The position numbers and the translations under genes were made by a program. A DNA stretch of 61,037 nt from Girardia tigrina. Lineage: Eukaryota. The notes under the pieces are model-generated. The model saw only the letters and a list, made by a program, of their open reading frames with translations. It was not told the origin of the DNA and ran no database searches. The stretch lies in assembly GCA_001938485.1 (NCBI GenBank), contig MQRK01248113.1:21296-82332 (forward strand). Direction: 5' to 3'. The number at the start of each line of letters is the position of its first letter. Positions within the stretch are counted from its first letter, which is position 1. This document shows positions 37,582 to 48,400 of the stretch, in pieces.

Positions 37582-40500
37582 GTTATAAGTTAAATACAAA
37601 TAACAATAAAAATTTAGTAAAAGATAATGAAGAAAATAACAAAAAAATTGTGAAAAAATTTAACCAGTTGTTTGAATCAACTGAAATTAATTCTCTTTTA
37701 AAAAAAATGAACAAAAATAATTTTCCTCGCGGAAACCCGAAGGGTTTCCGCGCGGCAGGTCCTGAAATAACTGAGCCGGGCCGTGCGGTCTCTAATGAGC
37801 TGCGTATAACTATACAAAATAATGCCAAACATGTAGAAAACTCTAACGATAAAAATAATAATTCTGAAAATAATGAAAATAACACTGAATTATCTAATGA
37901 CGTAATATTATATGAATCTTCTGAGACCGCCGAAACACCTTTAGTTAACCAGAAAGAGGTCATTATCATTCAGGTCATGATAGCGATAACCTCATTCATC
38001 TTGCACCGGCCGCATCTGACTTGACTAAGCCACTATTCTTTCCATCACCAATTCTTGCAGCAGATCATGTCAGTAGAGATAATTTTGAACACGCCTTCGA
38101 ACTGATGCATGACCAAATAAAAAGACAATCTGTTGCAGTTGCCAGCATCGTGATGGCTGAAAAAATAGTAATTACTGATTCCGCAATTAAAACTCTGGAA
38201 AATATTCAGAGACATAAAATTTTATCAACCTTTATAAAAAATATTAACTGTGTTGCGGAGGGGGTAGAAAGAGTAAACAACATCCCACGCTGGTTCTTGG
38301 ACAAACTAAATAGATAGTCTTTTGAATTAGGAATCCCAGCACCACTCTCATTGAAAGAAGCACTCATAACACATGGAGCTCCGACTGTCTTCTCTCCGGA
38401 GAAATTAGAGTACATCTTAGAATCTACATGTGACAGATGTCACAAACAGTGCAATGGCTATGGCATAGCACTCAGGCTACTGTGTGACGAGATCTCGTTG
38501 AAACTTCATGACTCTCTAAAAAAGACAATCACGAAGAAGCCAAAAATAAAATCTATAAAACTTTAAAATTACTAACCAATCTAGATAGCACATTTAGACT
38601 TAGAGATGCTGATGTAAAACTAAAGATTAGGTTACAAAATATTGTCAAAGAACATAAAATCACTTTACCAAACTATGCAATTTTCAAAAGTCTATTTTCA
38701 ATCAATGACATTAAAGTTGCCTCTGAGAACATTATCAAAAAACTGTCAATATTAAAAAATAATAATAGCAATGATGATATAAAGACAAATGATTCTATGT
38801 CTAATGATGCAACCAGATCGGTTCTACCGACTGTTGCTGCAACCAGATTGGTTTTACCTATTGTAGCTGGTAAATGTGACAACGCTGCTACGACTAAGAA
38901 ATCCGGAAGGACCGAGAGTCGTGTAACTGTCGTCGCCAAATTTTCCATTCCGGTTGACCTTGATGATAGTCTTGGACTGTGTCACTGGTCGACCTAACAA
39001 AATAAAACATTGCTAATGACAGTGATAGTGACTTATTCTCGGATGCTTCCTGCGTGTCTTCGAGATTAGTAGCTCCAAAAAATAAAAAATATAAAAAAAT
39101 AACAAAAAAATTTGATGGGATGGCCCTGCAACTTCAACTATTGTTGAAGATGCTGATAGGCCGCCAGATCCGTCATATTGGTTCGACAACGATGATATAA
39201 ATACTTTCTTGGAATACATCAGTATCTCAAAAAAGTCTCGGGTCCTGCTAGACTTTGTTGCAAATAAGTTGTTTCATGGAGAAAACGATTTAAATTCGGT
39301 CTTTACTGGCTTTAATGCAAAAAAGGAGATTTATGTGTAGTTCCAATCAATTACAACAACACACATTGGCTCGCACTGTGCTGCACGCCGGAACACGCGT
39401 ATATGTACAACTCACTGAGTAACTGACCGTGTGAGAAAACAGTCACAACTCTAGTGGCGCCACTCATTACTACCATAAACGAAGTAGTCACAGACAGAAA
39501 AAATAAACCATATAGAGTGTGGCTCCCGCTGAAGTTCCCGAATGTGAGCAGCAGACGAACAATAATGACTGTGGTCCTTTTGTTTGCGGCTTTATAGAAA
39601 ACATAATAAACGAAACAATAAACCCGCACTTTGAAATAAACATAGAAAACATCCGAAAATGTTGTCATCAGCTGCGTCCTCATTTATCGGATCGTGCTGC
39701 GGGAAGAACTGGGGTTGGAGACATTTCAGTCAAAAAGAGACATTTCAGAGATATCTGAAATAAAAGTTTATTGCCCGTTATGTATATCAGACATGCAATG
39801 GATTCTAGTAGTTTTTGATGTTAACAACAAAACTACCATCGTTTATAATGTCATGGAATCCCTAACACTGGAACAAGAACTGGCAATCAAGAGCATCAAT
39901 GATAATCTTCTCTCCTTCTTTCAATTAGGAGATGAAGGTTGGATTTTGAAACAATCCAATGATTTGCCAACTTCACAAAAATTCGCAGAGAGTGGATACT
40001 GGATTGCCAACTCTATATGGCAATTGTATCACAATAACCCCCCCCCAACAATGATGTACGAGAAATAATTTACAACATCACTAAAAAGAAAGTTCAAAAG
40101 AAAATTAGAAGACAAGAAAAAGCAATCCATATTAATAACATAACAAAACCTATAGTCACAAATGAAGAAGGTTTCCGTTATCTCGGAGCAGACTTTACCA
40201 GAACGACAAAATTCACTCCTGAATGTCTATTTCTATAAGCTATTATGGACTTGAAAAAAATAATCAAATCAATATTATTTCCCTGACAGAAAATAGAAGA
40301 GTATAGAATCTTTATACACTCACGATTCACCTTTCATTTTCGAAATCATAATATACTTACGGATTATGACCACCACGAAACAACGAAATCTATCTTTAAA
40401 GGCGGCCTTGGCGTGTAAATTCGTCGTTACTTGAAAAAGATTTATGGAACAGTCCCAAATTTATCCAATGACTACATTTATGCTGACAAGAAAAAGGGTG

Positions 40501-41760
40501 ATTTTGGCGTAGTCTCTACCCGAGATGAATACACAATGCAATCTATAATTCAAGCGTACATGAACATGGTGTGCTCTGACGAAACATCGTGTGATCTCAC
40601 ATTTATCAATTTATTCAATACGCTAGACAGATATCACGGTACTAAAAAAGAATGGACACTCTCTGATTGCCTAAACTGGATCAACACAGGTGGCAAAGAG
40701 AATGGATTTAAATCTTGGGGGACCAAGATTCGGAATTCACTCAAGTACCTGAAAGGCATTGGGTTACAAATTCAGTTCGTCACCCACGAGCTAGGTATTA
40801 GTTTAAAAGTTCACATATCCAATGACTCCATGATACTAAGTGAACATTCAATTGACAATATGACTTTCCACTTGCACAGAATCTATAACAAAATGAAATT
40901 TGACAAATGGAGCAAATAAAGGATTGCTGGAATGTCTGCCATCTTATTTGCAGAACACAACTTCAGCTCCAAAGTACTTTACAACGAGTCACTATCCATC
41001 GAGGAAGGCGCTTTTTACACAGCGCAAGGACTAATAGTTTACCAACCAATTATAAGCCGAAAAAACCAAGGCAACAATCGATGTGCATGGTATGTGGTCA
41101 AGATATAGAAACACAGATGCATGTCCTATGTTGGCGTAAACCCAACAGCACTCTAATACAGGCGAGACATAATGTAATCGCAGAAATCGTCACAGATACA
41201 TTAATTGCAGAGAAACCAATTTTAAAAATCATCATGAATCGAGAGTGTGATTGGTCTGTGTATGGAAGCCGGGTTAATTTACAATTTTATAACCATGGAA
41301 CCAAAGAACTCTGGCTTATAGATATAAAAACCCCTTATGCACAATAAAAGCACTTAAACATGCCAGAAATAACAACAAAAAGAAATATAAAGGTCTGCTA
41401 ACTGAAGCAAAAGCGGCTCATTAAGGGTGGACTGTAATATTAGGAGCAATTGTTGTCGGCTGATTAGGATCTTGGACAGTTGATAATGACAACCTGCTTA
41501 AAAATAAATTACATCTTTCAGGTACAACTATAAAAAAATTAACCAAAATGTTGATAGTGTCGAATATCAAATATTCCATCTCGACGCGGCATAAACACAA
41601 TACCGGTCAATATAACCAACTGATGTCAAATGCGGTGACGACAAATCTTACTGACACAGTCACGGCAGATGCACCATTAATCGGTTAATAACATTAATAT
41701 CAACACAAGTCATAGATGCTCTATACAGCGACCATAGGTTTGAGTATTCAATGTTTATCC
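37582..41760 (+). mobile_element. NeSL-like RLE non-LTR retrotransposon with Ulp1-like protease domains; most of the RT is deleted
   Basis: WFDNDDIN..PINYNNTHW..YNSL..QQTNNNDCGPFV (peptidase C48-like); FRYLG; YIYADKKKGDFGV; CMVCGQDIETQMHVL; RHNVI; LIDIKTPY; K.KY; IVVG*LGSW. Confidence 0.88.
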
Positions 41761-41769
41761 CAGGATATC

Positions 41770-42090
41770 TTTACGTATTTCAACTTGAAATTTTGTTATA
41801 ATTTTCTTCAAACTTGGCACACTTATTCATTCTCGATGACAATAAATGATTATGTGAAAATTTGGTTAAAAAAACTTTTTAAGATCCCAAAATGCGAAAA
41901 AACGGAAAATTCCGAGTTCCAGAGCAATATTAATTGAAAAAGATCTACTTATAAATTAAAAGTAGTTTATATTAATTTCTTATTGTGTTTTTTAAATCAT
42001 TTTTTTAATTAAAACTTTGTTTGCAAAGTAAAGTTAAATCTGTATAAAGAATGGATATAAAAAATTTAAATTTTTGATTTACTAGTTTTT
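41770..42090 (+). mobile_element. HINE-like repeat, 3' part (5' part at about 37415-37460)
   Basis: Homologous to 9930-10275. Confidence 0.7.
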
Positions 42091-43766
42091 ACTATCTACC
42101 AGATCAGTTTCAAAATATTAATAATTAAATAAGTACAAAGTCAAATGAATATCTCCTTTTGTATATTTTATTTTCTAATATACTTGTTTCAGAATTGAAT
42201 TAAAATAAAAAAAGGAAAATCGACATCGGAATTTCAAATTCCAGTTTCAATGCATAATATATATACAGTTAGAATACATTAAATATGTTCCGCAATTGCG
42301 TAACAAGAATCAGCGATTACGCACAGAAATGTTGTGTAATTGAAATTGAAAACTCCTATTGCGAGTAAGGTCTTATTGTGTAATTACATATGAATATTTA
42401 GAGATCCTGTAAGAGTTACAACGTTTGTTACAGAAGTGTCACACCATGTTACGAAGGGTTAATAAACATCAGTAATTTTTGATATAAATTGTGATTTTTA
42501 CTATTTTTAGTATAATACAATTTAGTTGAGATCATACGTAATATCTTAAAAAAATTGGACTTAAGAAAACACAGAGATACAAAACAAGTAAATTCAAAGT
42601 TTTGAATTTATATTTTATACTATTTATATATTTTAATACAAATATTCTTCATAAATTATATCCATAATTTGCGTCAATTTGTGTATGACAAATTGTTTGA
42701 CATGATTATCAATCTGTTTCAACAAATGTCAATCAAATTTATATAACATATTCATTGAAACAAAACATTATATCCATCAAATGAATTGCTGTTTGTTCTT
42801 TTGATATAATTTGGGGAATAAAATCAGTTCAAAGTTAAAATATTTATAAAATAAATATCACAGTTTTTATTTTCAAGATTTACTAAATATCCATTTATCA
42901 ATTTGAAGAAGATCAATTAATCAGAGAATTTTATTTCAACTCGTTAAATGGAAAGTCGTGTCACAAATGCAAGCCATATGTATTGCACATACACTGAAAT
43001 ACGAAAGATTTCTCATTGAAAATATTTCATTAAATATCTCTTTCCAACTTTTCTTAATCATTTATCTGTCGTGTATCAATTAAATACCTAAAATAAAGAA
43101 GTGTTTGAATACTTTATATAAGTAATTTTATATGACTTCTTTTGTTGTCAGAGCACTTTTCCAATCCTTTTTTAACACTTGTCCCTTTTATATAAAATCA
43201 GTTTAATCTTAATCTTATTTTCTTAACATACTGACCGTTTTTGGTTTTATTAATATGTACCATATCAGATTTTATCAAAAAATCGCCCCGTAAATATACG
43301 TTATTGTAGAGACTAGTCGCTTAAATAATAAAAAAAGACATAAAATTATCAATAGACAATATGATAAGCAATCGCAAGGATTTACTAAGGATTTAACAAT
43401 TTTCTACCAAGATAATTCTGAAGATCTCAAATTCAATCTCCTAACAACGATTATTTATATATTAAATTCTCTTCGATAATTTTTTTCAAATACAAAATTC
43501 GATCCTCAATGATTATACCAATTATTATTTCAAACCAAAACATCAGGAAGAATTGCTATTCCCAGATTCTATCCACTGCCGGAGCCTAAAAAAACAAATA
43601 CACGTTGTTCTATTTAATTCTCCGAACGAATACTTAAATAAAGTAACGCACTATTATTTATTCTTTACTTCTAACGACTCATTTGCTTTTTACAATAATA
43701 CATCATTTCTTATTTTTGTTCTGTGTCAATAACTTAGTTATATTTATTTAGATTTTAGACTGTGTA

Positions 43767-46053
43767 CTAAGCTGATTCAAAATATTTTTCGTTTTTCCAC
43801 TCATATTTTAAAAATAACAAATCATGTTAACAGACCACATTTATTCTTCGAAAGCAGACTTTTATTTTCGATGGTCTTCAACCATTTTTCAGCCAGTTGT
43901 TCGATTTAACGAGTATAATACTCTGTCATTTCGGAAGCAAAGAAAATGCGGCACCCTTGTTCAACCTCTTCTATTGAATTGAATTGCCGCCCTTTGAAAA
44001 AAATACGCGATTGTCCGAAAGAGGTGAAAGTCGCTGTGAATAAGGTCGGGGCTGAAGGTAGGGTGTGGCAAAACTTCGATACTATGTAGCTCTTGCACTT
44101 TACCACGAGTCAAATGTCAATCTATATCGTTGTCTTGTTCTAGAAGAACTCTGTTGCAATTGACTAATGTCAAATAACGTTCGCAGAGAATGAGGTAGAC
44201 TCTGTTAGGCTGCTGAGTGTATAGGTTGGCATTCACAGTACATCCCTCCGGAACCAGCTCTTATATATCATCCCATCTAAATTCTACCATACACAGAGCA
44301 TAACTTTGCAATCGAAGCGTCAATGTTTAAAAACGGATTGAGCAAACATACCAGGGTAGAGACACTGCTTCTCTTTGTTGAGATTACGGAAAATTATCAA
44401 CTTTATAACCCCTATCACGATCATTTTGAAGAAGATCAAGTAATGGGGGTGAGAAAGCAATACTTTGCAGAAATCATGTCGTTGTTTTGCTTGAGTGGCT
44501 ATCAGTTCATGAGGAATTTGCCGACACTGTCTATTTACAAGGCCAAGCTGATGAAGATGACGCTGAATAGTGGATTGTGAAGGACCAAGCATGGCTATTC
44601 TTCCACAGCTTGACATAGAGGGTCATCATCAACAACAAATGGTCGTCCAGAGCGAGGTTGATCTTCGAAATTAACGTCACCTCTTGAGAAACACTTGTGA
44701 CCCTCGAACATTGATCCTACCTTCGCCATTTACTTCACCTATATCCCGAGCTGCAGCAGCTGCGTTGAAGCATTTTTCCAGTAATCTCGCAAAAGGAATT
44801 GAATTCCGCATTTTTCGCTCTCCATAATCTGATAAGATGTTTAATGAAATGTTTAAGGCAAATTTTTAATGAAAAATGCTACACTTTACAATGAGATTCG
44901 TATCGAATAATAAATATTGGGTTGGTCAAAAAGTCATTGCGTTTTTCAGTACGTCCTAATAAAAAGCTTGAAAATATAAAACGATTTTAAAATATAAATT
45001 CAATTATATATTCTGAAACCTTAATTTTCAGACTATGTTTATAAAAAATATTAATTGATTTGGTTTCAATTTATTACTTTACCGTCAATTCGAAATGGAA
45101 AATCAAAATGAGCATATTCGTCATGTTTTGTTGCATTATTTTCGCAAAGGGAAAACCACTGTGCAAGCTCATAAGATGATATGTTTTGTATATGGTAGTG
45201 ACTCCTTAAAACGTCGACAGTGTCAATACTGGTTTTCTAAATTTCGTTCTGAAAAATTTTATCTGAAAGATGCACCACGCTCCGGTCGACCAGTTGAAGT
45301 TGATGGTGACAAAATAGCAGCACTGATCAAATCAAATCCACATATGAAAACAAGAGAAATTGCAGAGACTCTAGAAATATCAAAATCAAGTGTTGGAAGT
45401 CATTTAAAGAAACTTGAATTCGTCAGTAAACTCGATATGTGGTTACCACATGAACTGAAAGAAATTCATTTAGTGAAACGTATAGACATTTGCGATTCCC
45501 TTTTGAAGCGAGAACAAAGTGATCCATTTTTGAAGCGCTTGATTACGGGTGACGAAAAATGGATTGTTCACAACCATGTGAAACGCCGACGATCATGGAC
45601 AAACCAGAAACTCTTATCACTGGGTTGGGAGGTTTTGCCGCACCCACCATATTCTCCAGACTTGACCCCATCGGATTTTCACTTATTTAGATCACTGCAG
45701 AATTCCTTAAACAGAAAAACATTCGCCAGTGATGATGACATCAAATCGTTCCAAGACGGCTTTTTTTGCTGACAAAGGCAAAGGTTTTTATGAATCAGGA
45801 ATAATGAAGCTACCGGAAAGGTGGAAGAAAGTGATTGAAAATAATGGACAGTATATCGTATAAAAATATTTGTGCATCCATGTCATTTTTTGATAATAAA
45901 TATTTTAGTAAAAAACGCAATGACTTTTTGGCCAACCCAATAATTTAATATTAAATAATTTGAACATCAATAATGCAAAAAAATAATATTTATATAGAAT
46001 AACTGACACAGTGTAATGCATAGAAAAACGAAAAAACCCTTAAATCACCCTAG
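43767..46053 (-). mobile_element. Degenerate mariner containing a nested mariner
   Basis: TIRs CTAAGCTGATTCAAAA..TTTTCGTTTTTC / reverse complement at 46021-46053, TA TSD; transposase remnants EDQPRSGRP, QIPHEL, GRQFNSIEEV. Confidence 0.85.
44917..45940 (+). mobile_element. Mariner (same family as 27738-28727), in-frame central deletion
   Basis: Near-perfect TIRs, TA TSD; ORF 45095-45772 joins RRRSWT to QKLLSLGWEVLPHPPYSPDL. Confidence 0.95.
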
Positions 46054-46693
46054 TATCTATCGTTTGTTCTCCAAAAACTGATACTATAAATCCGCCAATA
46101 CTAATAAAATTTTAAATTATTGAAGAAAACCAGTCTATAGCATCAGATGATGCTCCAAGAAATATTCTGAATGGTAAATAACTTCAAAATTTTTATCCTA
46201 TGCTAATATATCTTTTTTTTCCGCTCAAGTATTACAAATTGATATGTAAAAAGTTATATTTAAAACAAATTGCTAGCGTCTTGTCAGGGTTAAAACTTTA
46301 AAATTACAAAAATATCCAAAAATAAGATTTTAAAGCTATTCAAAAAATAAAAAAAGTTAAAATATATTAAAGTGCGTATTTTGCTTATTTATTTATTTAA
46401 TAACAATTTTCTTCCCATTTCGAAAGTTTGTTTGCTTTACAAAATCAAAAGGATCTTCAAAAGTAAACAAGGTTATTTTTGTCAATTAACTACTATTTTT
46501 TTATAAAATTTAATAATTTATATTTGCAATTGCATATCTAAATTATAAAATGCAATCTTCAGAATTATATTTTCATATTTTATTCTGCGCAAAAAATATT
46601 TTCTTAATGATTGAATACATAATTGACATAAAACAAAACATAAAAAAATCCAACTTGAAAACGAAAAGAAAGATAAATCAAAACTGTTCCTAC

Positions 46694-47002
46694 TTGCATA
46701 TGCTAAGCAATTTGCCTATGAAAATACCGTTGATAAAAGAGTCTATCTTTGGTGAAAGCTGTGAACTCAATTTTTGTCGTTCGGTCTGTCTGCATTGATA
46801 AACGATTTGCCTATCTTCCGACGAACATGGCGGCTGCGTTGGAATGAGTTTAGCTAAATATCGAAACGAAAATAATAAATCTTATTCTAATTTCATAAAA
46901 ACAAATATAAATTAATTACAAAAAATAAAACCAAAAGAAAACTCGACAAATGAACCGCTAATTGTTCTTCTCTGATCACCGACAATTCGTTATTTATGAC
47001 AT
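46694..47002 (-). other. Two probable host exons (47002-46943 and 46853-46694), product unknown
   Basis: Phase-consistent GT-AG intron giving an open frame VINNELSVIREEQLAVHLS-TKLIPTQPP...GKLLSIC. Confidence 0.45.
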
Positions 47003-47570
47003 TTGATAAAAAAATAATAAAAATGAGATTTTGTTTTTGAAAATTCAAAATATATATTTTCAGCTCAAATGTTTTGAGTCATAAATATATGATAGCATTT
47101 ATTTGAGCAATTAACACTTAGATATGTTATACAAAATTTCTAAATTGTTCCATTTGCATTGCAACTATCAACAAATTATACTTAATTTCAAAAAGAAATT
47201 GCAAAGTTTATAACTTTATATTAAAAAAACGTCTTTGAAGAGACATTAGGAAGTCCATCACTGTTGTAGTATTGCTTGAACTTGGATAAATTTAATACTA
47301 AATTAAATGAAGAACAATTGAATTTCTTAACATTTATTACTAGATAGGAAGTAAAACTTTTATATGGTAAAAGGTTTCGTATCCATTCTGGGTATCCTTT
47401 TAACTCTGATTCACCTTTATAGTAATCCTTTTCTGTCTACAGTATTGATAATTTCAAATACATGATGAAGGTGATCAAAATAACATGACGTTACTTGAAG
47501 CCAACTAACATAGTTCGTTACAGTTAAAGTGGATAATTGATTCAATAGAAACAAATAACATGAAAAAGAC

Positions 47571-48400
47571 GGGAGCCGGCTAATTGATTTAAAAAATGGT
47601 CTAAAACGAATTAGTCTAAAAACAAATCGGTCTAAACAACACAATCAACATAACAATAAGTGAAATTAAAATAGTAAAAAATCCGATGTTGTTTCAGTCG
47701 TCGTGATTGCTGTTGCCAACTTTGGTGTGATCGTCGGTGCTGTCGGCCAGATGGTTGGAATTGATGATAGCGTGATCGTCGTCGTATTGGTTGCTGTTGT
47801 TAACGTTGCCATACTTGATGTGGTGCGTGTTGTAACTTTCGAGCTGTATATTGGAATCATGCTTGTGGTGACTGTCGTTGTTGTTGCAGTGTGTGTGTGG
47901 TTTGTGGTTGTGGTGAATTTTATTTAAAACCGCTTGTATTTTGTTTAGTGTCATTTATCAATTGTCCACTTTAACTTTAACGAACTATGCTAGTTGCTTT
48001 CAAGTTGCATTTCACATTAGAGCTACTCAATGGAGAAAATCTAAAATTTTTATATCAGTCACTTCATCATCCCAAATATGTATAACTGTGTTTAGTCTCT
48101 CTGCACAATATTATCTTTTCTCTTGCTGGTTGCTGTCTACTAACAAATTGTTCACTTTTTAGTGACTTTTCATTTTTTATTACAGTGATAAAATTCCAAT
48201 ATATTTGGATGATTACATGATAAAGAAAGCCACAATGTCATGCCCAAAAACACTCCTTCCAAAACACTTCCATGGCAGTTTCGCATCTTGATCTCGAAAA
48301 TGGGAGATCGTTATCCTTTTCGTAATTTTAGACAAATTTCTTGATAGGTTAATTTATTTGTTTAGACCAATTTTTTAGACCAATTGACCTAAGGCCAAAA
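47571..48400 (-). mobile_element. MULE-like element with repeat-built TIRs, a transposase 3' remnant and a Thr-rich insert
   Basis: AAT.GGTCTAAA units at 47590-47660 are inverted at 48330-48395; minus strand HPNI/WNFITVIKNE...DFLH*VA; Thr-rich frame 47666-47925. Confidence 0.65.

Noticed and set aside
47694-47954. His/Asn/Asp-rich and Val-rich ORFs
   Set aside because: Alternative frames and antisense of the same low-complexity Thr-codon tract.
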